This document shows, in pieces, positions 1 through 17,095 of a stretch of 64,000 nt of DNA. The translations under genes and the position numbers were made by a program. The DNA is from the human T2T-CHM13v2.0 reference genome, Homo sapiens, in the NCBI RefSeq assembly GCF_009914755.1, contig NC_060933.1, one strand, 5' to 3'. Below the pieces are notes generated by a model, which worked only from the letters and a program-made list of their open reading frames with translations, made no database searches and was not told the origin of the DNA. The number at the start of each line of letters is the position of its first letter. Within the stretch, counting starts at the first letter, position 1.

Positions 1-193
1 AGTTCTGTAAGGGTAGAACCTGAGCCTGGCATAGACCCCACTGTGTCCTCAGGCCTAGCATATAATAAATGCACAAAAATAGTTATGAAATGCATGGCCC
101 AGCACATAAATGTACAAAAATCGTTACAAAATACATGGATTAAATGATGCGCTAAACTTGAGGTGTTTAAGTTCATTTAGCTTTTGAAAGCTA

Positions 194-1165
194 TTTATTA
201 ATGCCAACCAGGAAAAAAAATAAGACTGGAAAAAAGATTCAAGGCTATCTCACAATAGGGTGATGAGAGATCTATAGGCATGCAAAAACCAAAACAAGAA
301 AAAGGAAAGCAAATAAAAAGCAGAGCATACGAAAACAAGACTACAACAATAAAAAGAACTGGGCTCTCTCCTTTAAAAAAAAAAATCACTGTTATTCTCG
401 GGGAAGCCTTAATATTTTTATTCGCCACTGTTAGGATACATCAGTTCTAAAAAATGTTGAAAACTAATTCTTGAACCATTTAAGGAAACTTGAACATTCA
501 AAGATAATATGAGACACATGCAGTCATTGTTTGGCCATGCCTAATTAAATGGGATACTCTTCTGGACATTTCCAACCACTAATTGGCCAGAGTAAAATGT
601 GCATGTGGTGGGCAGATTACCTCAACATATCTGCCTTCAGCAGTGTCAGGGAGACAGAGTGATTAAAAGAAGGTCAGCTAATTTGTTTGCTTATCACAGA
701 ACCCAACTGGTTATTCCAAATGACTATAAAGAATCATAAATCCTCTTAGAATTTCATGTGAGGCTCAGAGCTAAACTGGGACAAGGAAGTGATTTTTAAA
801 ATCTTTGTCAATCCTAGGAGGCAGGAGGTGGTAAGGACTTCATGGACAAGACAATAAAAGAGTATTTATACCTACAGCTTGAGAGTAGTATGTCTCATTA
901 AGTAAAATGTCTTCTATCATTCTGGGAAGTGACCCAGGGCACTGAAAGTAATGACAGAGAAGTCTACAATTAAGCAAACCAGTAACTGAGTCATTAAAGA
1001 TTTACTGATACACAAGAATACATCCTTTTTCTTTTTAACTGAATCATCACATGAATGTTCATAAGCATTTGCATGGGGTAAGGAATCTATTCTTTTTTGG
1101 AAAGAAAATAAAATAAGATACAATCTCATTTCTCACTAGAATCTGCTGGTTTTAGCAATGTAGAC
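194..1165 (-). other. Candidate terminal exon (short coding end plus 3'UTR) of an unidentified minus-strand gene
   Basis: Minus strand reads tGACTAACatcgggtctttctttatgtctgCAG|GTCTAC: consensus branch point (1191-1198), pyrimidine tract and CAG. All three frames stop within 40 nt (VYIAKTSRF*, (G)LHC*, STLLKPADSSEK*). Minus-strand AATAAA at 417-422 and 194-199. Confidence 0.55.
417..422 (-). terminator. Candidate polyadenylation signal AATAAA
   Basis: Minus-strand AATAAA with TGTA about 15-20 nt upstream and a T-run about 30 nt downstream; a second AATAAA lies at 194-199. Confidence 0.4.
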
Positions 1166-1824
1166 CTGCAGACATAAAGAAAGACCCGATGTTAGTCACA
1201 CCAGGTCAGGAAGGGAAAAAAGGACAAAGAAAAGGTACACAAGGAAATAAGCTAACTGACAAGGACTTAAGCGCAGCAAAGCCAATTTCTCTTTTAGTGC
1301 AATGTAGACAGACAAAGCTTCCTCCACCATTCTGTGACCCCTGGCTACCTGGAATAAATGAACAAATGAAGTCTACCTACAAACATCCCATTGGCTCATA
1401 ATAATTGTTTAATATTAAAGCACATAATAGCATGTTTTTGGTGAAGTTTCCCTTCCCACTAAGAAAACCCCAGGCCGCATGTAAAGATTATAATGAAAAA
1501 TTATTTCTCCACTTTTTTATTATTTTCCAATATCCAAGTCTCATATTAAACTGATCTTCATTTTATTTTTCTCATCTTATAAAACTGTTTCCTTTACCTT
1601 AATTTCATTCAAGACATCACTTTATCTTAGATTCTGAAAGTTCCCCAAATATAAACATATAACTGGACTAGCTGTACAGGTAGAATAGATAGTAACATAC
1701 GGATTATGATTTTAGAGATCTCAGGTATGTGGCTTAGCAAAAAAACTGTCCCTTGAATAGCTATTTTGTCACCCTCCATTTCTTTAATTAGAATCCCTCC
1801 TTATTATATTGGGGTTGTAGAAAG

Positions 1825-2330
1825 TTGTGGCATGGTATAATGACAGAAGAATCTGGAGCCAAACAAGCCTGGATTATTGTCCATTCCCACCACTTCCTAC
1901 TTATGTGGCTTTGAGATCATTATTTAACTTCTAAGCCTCACTTCACTCAACAAATAAGTATATAGCACCTATTGTTCTAAATATAGCGAATACAGAGGCA
2001 AACAAAATGAAGTTCATGCTCTCGTGGGGCTGCCATTTAGTTGCTGTACCAGAATATAAACCAATATACAGATAAATATTTAATAGTATACCCACATGAT
2101 AAATGACATGAAACAAAGTAAAATAAAAAAAGGGGGATAAAGAGAGATGGGGAGGGATGCATGTTAGGTAGGAATGCCTTTCTGAGGTTCCATTTGAGCT
2201 GAATAAAATGAGGTGAAGGCTGTTAAAAGAGCTTTTCAGAGATTGGTCATCATAGGAAATTTACAAATATAGTATCTGCTATGGTAATTGCTTAGCACAT
2301 AGTAACACTCCAAAATAGTACAAGAGGTAA
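1825..2330. mobile_element. MIR and L2 fragments
   Basis: MIR core-like text (cacttcctacttatgtggctttgagatcattatttaacttctaagcctcacttc) and reverse L2 tail-like sequence. Confidence 0.5.
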
Positions 2331-2400
2331 CTTAAAAATTTGAGTTCATTTCTTTTCTATAGTTAAGGCCCAGGTTGTTAAAATACAAATGTGTTATTAC

Positions 2401-2452
2401 CTGTCAAAGAGTACGCACAAGTACATGGGCACCTTTATCCTACTACTGTTTC
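2401..2452 (-). other. Candidate 52-nt internal (penultimate) exon
   Basis: Acceptor attaacttcatttattctgtcttgcaAG, donor CAG|gtaata. Only one frame is open, (G)NSSRIKVPMYLCVLFDR, ending in phase 2; frame 0 ends ETVVG*. Confidence 0.4.
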
Positions 2453-4112
2453 CTTGCAAGACAGAATAAATGAAGTTAATATGGAAGGAATGACACTTGG
2501 TGGGGGTACCTGGGAGTGGGACAGGGAGGGGCATGGAGCTTGGAATATGCATTGGCCAAGGAAGGGAGAGGCCCTGTTGAGCTCTCAGCAGCCCTGGAGA
2601 CAGCCAGGGTCTCATAGCCTAAGTACCAAGAGAGGTCAAGGTGGTATGAGGGTAGGAGAGAGAGGAAAATATGAGTCTCCACACCTAAGCTACCTACAGA
2701 ACCAGTTGGCCTAGGACTTAACCTTGTAGGGCCACTATAATTACCTTTGTATTTTAAGGACACATTCAGTTGCTGTCTGAAAGTATTATCTTCCCAATCA
2801 ATCTCCTGCTAATAATTTGTTTTGTAGGGCAGTGGCTCATGGGAAGAGCTTCTGTTTGTATATTTAAAATTTATATACATATTTTTTATTACATGACAGC
2901 TATACCTAAAATAAATTCAGTAATTTCAATGCAGATTACTATTTTTACTATTTACTCATTACTATTAGAGATTATTATCTCTAATAGATAAAATTTGGCA
3001 GGGGTAAATCTGTACATTCAGAAATTTACAAATTCAAATGGATTTCTTATAGAAATCTTATAGATAAGATTTCACCAACTGAAAGAAGTTGAAGATTTTT
3101 ATAGAGCAAATGAGTATTTAATTTGCTGTTTTTAAAAGTGTCAGGCAGATAGAGGCATTAACTTGTATTATGATGAATAGAATAACAATTACAGGAGGTT
3201 TTTGTTTTTAAGGAACTGTCTTGTTCCAACAAGAGAATAAACAAACCAAAATGATTTTGAGGAAAACATTCAATGCAATCTCAGAATCCAATTTCCTTCC
3301 TTAAAATAAGAGTCTGAATAATTGAGAGATACTGGCAATGCTTTACCCCAAGCTAAGAGGACATTTTGAAAAGAATGTATATGAATGATCAAGAGCAACC
3401 ATGTATTTGATCAATATGATCAAGACCATGAATGCTCAAGAGAGACCAAAAGTATTTTGGGAAGTCTATCATAATAACAGCTGACCACCCTGGAATGTCT
3501 GCCTCTGTCCCAGACACTAGGTCTAAGGCTATTAATCTTCAGGAGAGCTCAATGAGTTCTCCATTTTGTAGTTAAGGAAATGGAGATTTGTTGGTTCACC
3601 AAGTCTAAATTCACCTGTAAAAGGCAAGTTTGTAAATGTAACAGTTTGTGCAGTTTTTTTCTTTTTAATTTTCTTTTGATTGGAAATAAGGTCACGTAGC
3701 AGAAAAAGAATATTACATGAGGACAAAAAAGATCTGAGCTGTGGTTATGATTTCACCATTTAGTAACCAATCTCTCCAAGTCTGTTTTCTCACCTAAAAA
3801 GATCTAGTCCAGGTTCTAAGCTCATCGAAACCATCAAATAAGAGGATGGTTATTTGAGGATGCATTAAAGGCAAAAGTGCTCTGTAAACTAAAGAGAACA
3901 AGGTATGAGGAATTAGCAATTTCCCCCATGTTACTAAGTTACTGGAAGAATTTCCATGGGAAATTTACTACCTCTCTTGAGAAACAGGATACGCAGCTAA
4001 TTTCTGGACAGGCATATGTTGCTTTTTGCCCTCCTAACGGTTATTTTCTCCTACTTCAAATGTCTTAAATTGCTGATCTTTCAACTTGCTGTCTTAGTAT
4101 CTTCCTAAGCAT

Positions 4113-4114
<2 letters not shown>

Positions 4115-4144
<30 letters not shown>

Positions 4145-4228
4145 CATATATATGCACATATATGTGCACACACACATGAGTGTATGTGTACACACACACA
4201 TATGAGTATGTGTACACACACACACATG
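4115..4228. repeat. Compound (TG)n/(TA)n/(CA)n microsatellite with a duplicated atgagt..atgtgtacacacac unit
   Basis: Read directly from the sequence. Confidence 0.9.
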
Positions 4229-4929
4229 AGGTTCACTGGCTAAAGAAGTTTCAGTAACCAGGGTTACACCTAAACATCTGAAGAAAGGACCAAGATTTTT
4301 TTTTTTAGATGTGCCACAGTGACCTTAAAATAAATCCTTTCTTTGCTAAAATGTGATGAGACTCCCAATGCTACCATTCCCTCTGATTGTGAGTAAAACT
4401 GTAGAAGTTGATTTGACCATCTGATTACTTGTTTGACAGCTGCAGAGTTTATCCATTAGCCCAGGGAAGCTACTGCAACCCTGAATCTTTCACTAGCCAA
4501 CAGTGATTGGAAAATTCTCAGGCAGCTGGCTAAACTCCAGGCCTGAATTTCCATGTGAATCGTACTGACAGCAAGGAAGCTTTTATCTCAAGGCCTCAAG
4601 GGAGAAAAAGTTCAGCCAACAAACTTTTTGTGTACCAAGGGAATAGAACAGTGCCTCACCCAGTAGTTGGAAAGGCCCCTAAGTCTATCTTGTTCAATCC
4701 TATTTGCCAAGCAGAGATCAGAAGAGCTAGCACATAAAAAGTGATCTGAAAAAAATTGAATGAATTTTATAATGCTTTTTTAATAATAAATATCTCCACC
4801 CTTAATAGAGTTGCATGTAACAGCTTTAATGATTTACTAGTCTGAAATGTTTGCTTTAACACTTAAGTTTAGGTGAAAAAATAACATGTGTTGGCTTTGG
4901 TTCGTTTAAAAAAGCAAATCTTTATGATC

Positions 4930-5886
<957 letters not shown>

Positions 5887-5948
5887 TGACTAGGTGTGTT
5901 TACTTTGTAAATATCATCACTTATAATTTGTGTACTTCTTTGCAAGCA

Positions 5949-8000
5949 CAGGCAATACACCATTTTATTGCACTTCACTTTATTGTGCTTCATGGACAAT
6001 GCGCTTCTCACAGATTCAAGATTTTGGCAAACCTGCGTCAAAGTCCAGCAGCTCTCTTTTTCCCCAACAGCATGTGCTCACTTCATGTCTGTGTCTCTCA
6101 TTTTGGTAATTCTTACAGTAGTTCGAACTTTCTTATTAATATTATCATATCTGTTATGGTGATCTGTGATCACCAATCTTTGATGTTACTATTGTAATGG
6201 TTTTGGTGTGCCACAAACCATACCCACATAACATGATGAAGTTAATTGATAAATTCGTGTGTTCTGACTGCTTCATCTATCAGCCATTCCTGTTTCTCTT
6301 CCATCCTCTGTTTCTTTCCCTCTCCGTGGGCCTGTCTATTCCCTGAGACAAAACAATATTGAAATTAGACCAACTAATAACCCAACAAAGGCCTGTAGGT
6401 GTTCAAGTGAAGAGTCTCACATCTCTCACTTTAAATAAAAAACTAGAAATAATTAAGCTTAGTGAGGATGGCATGGCAAAAGCTAAGATAGGCCAAAAGC
6501 TAGGCCTCCTGGCCAGTTAGCCAAGTTGTAAATACAAAGGAAAAGTTCTTGAAAAAAAATTAAAAGTACTACTACAGTGAACACACAAATAATAAGAAAG
6601 CAAAACAGCCTTGTTGCTGATATGGAGAAAGTTTTAGTGGTCTGGATAGAAAAAAAAAATCAAACCAGCCACAACATTCCCTTAGGCCAAAGCCTCATCT
6701 AGAACACGGCCCTAACTCTCTTCAATTCTATAAAGTCTGAGGTTAGGGAGATGCAGAAGAATAGTTTGAAGCTAGCAGAAGTTATTTCATTAGATTAAAG
6801 GCAAGAAGCCATCTCCGTAACATAAAATTACAAGGTGAAAGAGCAAGTGCCAATGTAGAAGCTGCAACAAGTTATTCAGAGATCTAGATACAATAATTGA
6901 GGAAGATGGCCACACTAAACAACATATTCCCAATGAAGACAAAGCAGCCTTCTATTGGAAGAAGACCACCTAGGACTTTCACAGCTAGAGCAGAGAAGTC
7001 AATTCTTCAAAGTTTCAAAAGACTGGCTGACTCTTGTTAGGGGCTCACACAGCTGATGACTTTAACTTGAAGCCAGTGCTTATTTGCCATTCTAAAAATC
7101 CTAGGTTGCTTAAGAATTATACTAAATCTACTCTGCCTGTGCTTTACAAATGGAAAAGCAAAGCCTGGGTGGCAGTACATCTGTTTACAGAATGGTTTAC
7201 TGAATATTTTAAACCCACTGAGACCTACTTCTGAGAAAAAAAAAAAAAGATTCATTTCAATTATCACTGCTCATTAACAATGCACCTGGTCACTCAAGAG
7301 CTCTGATGGAGATGTACACGGAGTTGAATGTTGTTTTCATGCCTGCTGACACAACATACATTCTGCAGCCCATGGATCAAGGAGGAATCTTCACTTTCAA
7401 ATCTTATTATTGAAGGAATACATTTTTTAGGTCGATAACTGCCACAGATTGTGATTTTTCTGATGGATCTGGGCAAAGTACATTAAGATCCTCTGGAAAG
7501 GATCCACCATTCTAGATGCCACTAAGAACATTCACAATTAATGGGAGGAGGTGAATATAGCAACCTTAACAAGAGTTTGGAAGAAGTTGATTACAACTAT
7601 AATAGATGACTTTGAGAGGTTTAAAGCATCAGTGGAGGAAGTAACTACAGATGTAGTAGAACAGCAAGAGAACTAGAATGAGAAGTGGAGCTTGATGATG
7701 TGACTGAATTGCTGCAGTTTCATAAAATTTGAATAGATAAGGAATTGCTTCTTATTGATGCACAAAAGAAAGTGATTTCTTGAGATGGAATCTACTCCTG
7801 GTGAAGATGCTTCACCAGGTGAACACTGTTGAAATGATAACAAAGGTTATAAACTTAGTTGGTAAAGCAGAGGCAGGGTTTAAGAGGATTGACTGATTTT
7901 GAAAGTTCTACTGTGGGTAGAATGCTATCTAACAGCATCACATGCCATAGAGAACTCTTTGGTGAAGAGTCAATCATTTTGAAAAAAATTCATTCTTGTC
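5949..8000 (+). mobile_element. Tigger1 (TcMar) DNA transposon, 5' part with degenerate transposase
   Basis: Starts caggca..ac-cattttattgcacttcactttattgtgc (Tigger1 5' end); pogo-like peptide [35 protein letters not shown] (ORF 7034-7234). Confidence 0.9.
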
Positions 8001-8865
8001 TTTTGTTTTTGGTTTTTCTCCAACTTTTAAGTTCTGGGGTACATGTGCAGGATGTCCAAGTTTGTTACACAGTAAACTATTTGCTGCACAGATCCTCTCA
8101 TCACCTAGGTATCAAGCCCAGCATAAGCTATTCTCCCTGATGCTCTCCCTTCCCACATCCCCCCCACAGGTGCCCAGTGTGTGTTGTTCCCTGCCATGTG
8201 TCCATGTGTTCCATCAATCAGCTCCCACTGATATGTGAGAGTATGTGGCATTTGGTTTTCTGTTACTGCATTAGTTTGCTGAGAATAATGGCTTCCAACT
8301 CCATCCATGTCCCTGCAAAGGACATGTTCTCATTCCTTTTTTATGGCTGCACAGTACTCCATTATATATATGTATTAATACCACAATTTCTTTATCCAGT
8401 CTATCACTGATGGGCATTTAGGCTGATTCCTTGACTTTGCTATTGTAAATAGTGCTTCAATGAACATACGCATCCATATATCTTTATGACAATTATTTAT
8501 ATTCCTTTGGGTATATACCCAGTAATGGAATTGCTGGGCCAAATGGTATTTCTACCTCCATGCCTTTCAGGAATCACCACACTGTCTTCCACAATAGCTG
8601 AACTAATTTACACTCCCACCAACAGTGTAAAGGCATTCCTTTTTCTCTGCAACTTCACCAGCACCTGTTTTTGGCTTTTGGTTGTTGTTGTTGTTGTTAC
8701 TTTTTATTAACAGTCATTCTGACTGGCATGAGATGGTATCTCATTGTGGTTTTAATTTGCATTTCTGTAATAATCAGTGATGTTGAGCTTTTTACCATAT
8801 GCTTGTGGGCCACATGTATGTCTCCTTTTGAGAAGAGTCTGTTCATGTTCTTTGCTCACTTTTTA

Positions 8866-8868
<3 letters not shown>
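8001..8868 (-). mobile_element. L1PA (L1PA8-13-like) 3' end, non-inverted segment with poly(A)
   Basis: T-rich tail at 8001, then reverse L1 3'UTR (gttctggggtacatgtgcaggatgt...) and ORF2 C-terminus. Confidence 0.9.
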
Positions 8869-11856
<2,988 letters not shown>

Positions 11857-12185
11857 CATTCTTGTCCTATTTTAAGAAATTGCTACAGCCATCCCAACCT
11901 TCAGCAACCACCATCCTGATCAGCCAGCAGTCATCAACATTGAGGCAAGACCCTCCACCAGTAAAAAGATTACAACTCACCAATGGCTCAGATTGTTAGC
12001 ATTTTTTAGCAATAAAGTGTTTTTAAATTAAGGTATGTACATTGTTTTTTAGACATATTATTGCATACATAATACACTACAGTGTAGTGTAAACATAACA
12101 CTTATATGTACTGGGAATCTAAAAGATTTGTGTAACTATTGCAGTAGTCTGGAACCGAACCTACAATATCTCCAAGGTATATCTG
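11857..12185 (+). mobile_element. Tigger1, 3' part
   Basis: Resumes ttttaagaaattgctacagccatcccaacc and ends aatatctccaaggtatatctg (Tigger1 3' TIR). Confidence 0.9.
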
Positions 12186-13789
12186 TGTATTATACTGTAA
12201 TAAAACATATCTTTGATAAAATTAAATGATGCATTTAGATACTGCCTGACAAGACTATAATCTGTTTCCTTAAGCAAACAGATCATAATTTCTAATTTGG
12301 GTGGTGAGGAGGTGGGGTGATATTGCAAATTTTGCTGAATTAACTAGAAGAAGTCACAAAAATGATGAGATATAAAAGTCCATTTCTTCTAAGAAATGGA
12401 CTAGAAGAAATGGAATTTTATATCTCATCATTTTTATTTAGGTTTAAAGACTATCAGACAAGATATAACACACATTTAAGAATTTTAAGGCAAATTCTTG
12501 TAATTTTGAAGAAACAATTTTCCCTTGCAAGTGATTTACATGAATATTTTAATAGAATAAGGTTATAAATATGTATCATTGCTTTCATAATTATCAGTAA
12601 ATGGATATATAACTCCTCAAGTAATTTTTCAGGAGTTCTATATTTGTAACCATGTATAAAGTAATGCCTTAATATCTTTCTTTCCTAGTTAGGATAATAG
12701 AATATAAATATTCTATTTCATCCAATTTGTTAGGAATAGGTAAATGAGTATAAAACTAACAAAGAACGTCTGGCACATGGTAGGGGTTCAATAACTGTTA
12801 GCTATTTATCGTCATTATTATCCTGATCAATACAGTCATAATTCCTTTTATCTAAGTTAAATGCATATTTTCAGGTTCTAGTCATCAAAAATAGGCAATA
12901 TGATTTTTATTCAATTATATTCTAGTTTAATAACATACTGAGAAAACTGAAAATTTGGAAATTTCTGTTCACAAATGCACAGTGAAGCATGGATTAAAAA
13001 TATATTTAGATCTCCACTCAATATTTAAGTTGAATTTTTAAGTGTTCTCTATTTTTTATGCTAATCATAAAATTTAATTTTCAGCTCTCTTACTGCACAT
13101 TACATTCTCTGGAAGAATAGACTTTGAAATTCAAAAAACTATACAAATTACATTGATACTAATAGCCACCAATTATTACATAGCTGCCACGTGCCATGAA
13201 AGTGTTATTATACTAGTTTGCAAGTTAGAAATGGCTCACAAATTAAGGAATTTATACAAATGTAGAATAAACGGTAAAACTGAACAAACTTTTTGGAGAT
13301 GCCGAATTATTTGTTCTCTGTACCACGCAACACTGCTTCACGTAGATAGAATCATTTAAACATAATGGCCATTCATTAACAATTCCTATTGACCAAAGAT
13401 ACTTCGATAGCAGATCATTATAATAAATCTAGAATATATGGACTTTAAAAGCCCTCTAAGAAATTATTTTTTAATCTCGGAGATGGAATATTAACCACCG
13501 TCCAAACACAATCATTTCAGGCATTTTACAAGAAGGGATCAGCCACACAGAGGGTCTCACTAAATTTCTTTAAATCAAATCTCAAGTTTACACTTAATGT
13601 AAAATATAATTATTGGCCCTCTGAAATTGTTTGCATTCAATAGACAGAAACATGATATGGACCTTGCCAGAACCAACTTACCATGAGACAGTTCTGTAGC
13701 AAATCACCATGCCCACCTCTCTCATCTCTCAGAGTTTCTTTCTTGGTATGTTATTCTCCAGGTGTGGCTAGTCTGTATCTTTTTTATGT

Positions 13790-14600
13790 AAAGTTTTATT
13801 GAAGTATAACATATATAGAAAAAAGTATACTATAAGCAGGAAACTACACAAATCATAAGTGTATAACTTGATGTCTTTTTAGTATGTGAACACACCAATG
13901 TTACTAACATCCATGTGAAAAGCACCCAGATAAAAAGAAAAAAATAGGACATTAGCTTCCCATAGATTATTTTTGCCTGTTTGTGAACATATTAAAAAAA
14001 CTCATATGTACTATTTTGTGTCTAGATTCTTTGGCTAATATTATGTTTATGGGAACCATGTATGGTTTTTATGTGGTTATATTTCATTTTACTCATTGCT
14101 ATGTAGTATTTGATTATATGAATATATCACGATTTATTTATCTATTCTAGTATTGATGGACATTTGGATTGTCCAATGACACTATTTAAAGAGTAAAAAA
14201 GCAAACTACAGAGTAGATAAAGATATTTCTAATACATATTTGTAAATGATTCATTCTAGAATATATCAATAACTCATAGATCAAAAGTTTAAAAAAAGAC
14301 AACCCTACAGAAAAATAAAGAAAATATTTGAAACAGGCACTTTGAAAGAGAAGATACGCAAATAGTCAAACAGACCAAATAGGGTTTAATTTTATTAGTC
14401 ACCAAGGTGATACAATTAAATCACAGTAAGCTACCATTATATACACACTGAAATGCCAAATTGGAAAAGACCAAAAATACCAAGAGTTGGCAAGAATGTG
14501 GAGCAACAGAACTTGCATATACTATGGATACAACCACTTTGTAAATTGGTACAACCACTTTAGAGAGCTATTAAGCAAAATGTTCATTGCAGCTTCAACT
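13790..14600. mobile_element. Old L1M fragments (minus 13790-14175, plus 14176-14600)
   Basis: Reverse 3'UTR text (tttattgaagtataac...tattgatggacatttggattgtcc), then plus-strand ORF2 end (taccaagagttggcaagaatgtggagcaac). Confidence 0.65.
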
Positions 14601-15334
14601 GTCATATTCCTTATCTAATAATGCTATAGTTAGAGCCAGTCCAAGGCACTGACAGCCTGTGCTATCATTTTCCTGGTTCTGACAACATGAAAGTGCTATT
14701 CAGTCAACAATCGCTTATTGAACACCTAATAAATCACAGACACCACACCAAGTTCTGAGGATAAAGGACTCCAACTTTATTCTTTCTTGCATTTCACTCA
14801 GATGCTTCCTCTTGCTGCCCCTTTGGAAACCGGAGAGTGTTTCTATGTTGTCACTATTCAAATTGTCAAAACATTTGATTTTGAACAATGCCTTTGAGTT
14901 AATACCTTCAAATATCATTTAAGTAAAACTTTTTAGTAAATCATACTTGCTAATTAAAATATAAATTTGCTTGGGTAGGATCCAAGTAAGTCCAGCCTTT
15001 ATACTAAATACTATTACAGCATTATATATTATTGAATAATTATATATAATGCGTACAACTATCTCTGAAACACAGTGATATAATTTAGATTTGTGTCTTC
15101 CTACTTCAATGTCTAGCAATAGTAAAATTAGAATTGCCATGTGCTATGGGTTTGAAGATACAAATACTAAAACAGTACACATTTTTAAGTAATAAAAACC
15201 AGTATTGTCTCCATTTTAGGTGTAAAGTGGCATTGCAGAAATTTATAACTACATTATAGTTATCTTGTTTCAGTTTTCTTATTGTACAATATTTAAATAA
15301 TCTGATTTCAACTTTTGCTACGTGAAATACTTAC

Positions 15335-15427
15335 CTAAAGTGGCAAATTTATATTAGGAAAATATAAACGCTTAATCTATCTTTATGATGTGTGACAGAA
15401 TGGATCTACACTGTCCAAGTAGGTCTT
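15335..15427 (-). other. Candidate 93-nt non-coding/poison exon whose end is also an AG|GTAAGT recursive-splice-like site
   Basis: Acceptor ctcttcaacattttatatctgCAG, donor TAG|gtaagt; stops in all three frames. Confidence 0.3.
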
Positions 15428-17095
15428 CTGCAGATATAAAATGTTGAAGAGCATTACTTGGAACCATACTTTAAATCATATCAACTTTTCTGAAACAAGA
15501 TAATGGTTACCCTGGTTTGTGAAAGCATACATTAGTTTTCATTGCTTCACAATCCTTTAGCATAGTCAATTGACTAACTGGCATTTATTTACATTCAATT
15601 CTGTCACCAAAGCCACTTTCTGATTGTTGGGTCTTGGTTTTTCTGCTATGATAAGACACATAAATTTTGGTGTTACCGTCAGAGCAGTGGCTCTTAATTC
15701 TGGCTACAGATTAGCATCACTTACAGAGGTTTTTAAGAATACCTAAAATAGCCTCACCCACTTAATTGATCTGGTGTGGGCTCTGAATGATGCAATACCT
15801 TCCAGGATGACTCTCAAACACTCACAGCTGGGAATTGCTGGTATACAGAATTTTTTTTCTTTCCCAGAATCTTTTTTTTTAAATTCAAATAAATACTTGG
15901 TCAGTCTTTATATGTTGAAAAGCATAAACTTACATATACATCTGTGAATCAGACAGCCCTGACCTCAAAATATTTATAGTCTAGCAGAGAAGAAGCTCGA
16001 ATGGTCAAACTTCCTATACTTGTCTTGTAAAATGTGTCAAGAGAACCATAGGGTCAGTATGTCATTCACTCCTACAGCATACGCAAGTAACTTTCTTCGT
16101 GTATGCCAGGTTCTTGTTCTTAACCACTATGCATTGCCATGTGTTCAGTCCCTAGTTTCTGGTTCTATTTTCATCTAATTTTAAGATGGAGCAGGGGGAG
16201 GCAAGGCAGATTCTACTGATGTTTTTCCAAGAGTGTGTATGTATAGTTTCAGGAAATACAAGTCTTGACTAAAATTGTTAGTATACAACATTCTCAGCAT
16301 TAGAAGGGACCTTCATTTTTCCTCAATGTGCAGTGGTCTTCTTGGCTATTTGCTTGCGGGGAATTCTTCCTTCTAGAGAAAGGCTGCTAACATGTCATTG
16401 ATGTTCTTTGAATTCAAGTCATGGGCCATTCCAGTCCCAAAAGATAATATATACAAGGCACAAAATGAAGAGAAAACAATGATTAAAAAAAAATCTTTAA
16501 ATACTTTAAATCTTGCCCTATGTTGCGAGGAAGTATGCATGCTTGTGAGTTGGTAATATTACCAATTAGAGAATGAGGAAGCCCAACTCTCAGCACCACA
16601 TCTGAGAATGGAAAATTTTTAATTTGATTTTATTTTTGTCAATCATTTTATTGACTAAGCAGAGTGGCCTTAATCCTGGGGAATCAGTAACCAACTCAAG
16701 CCCACAGGGTTGGCCACGAACCTACCTCTCTAACCTACTTCTTTTTAGGGAGACAGGTCTTCCCAGAGAAAGAAACTTCATCAGCAGAAAGCAAAGAAAA
16801 TAGTATGGCTAATATCTGATTATTATTTCATATTATCTTAAACATAAAATAAAAGTGACTTTATTAAATAAGGTTCATTTTTCCTGAGTTTTGTCCCTTG
16901 AGTTTCTAAATCTTTCACTTGCTGCTTCATAAAGAAAACGTATTTACTAACTTAGGTCCTGACAGGGACATGGCAATACCCTGACCTTTGGCCAAGAAGA
17001 CCCCTGAAGCTCTCAGCATCTTGACTCAGAACTGCTTAATACTTTCTAGAGGAGAAGTTTTGCAGCTTGGCCATATATAGTAGGGAGTAGGGGAT

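Noticed and set aside
6400-7900. Domesticated Tigger transposase gene
   Set aside because: Reading frame fragmented; the longest listed sense piece is 66 aa.
13676-13700. Strong minus-strand donor ATG|gtaagt
   Set aside because: No credible upstream acceptor or pyrimidine tract.
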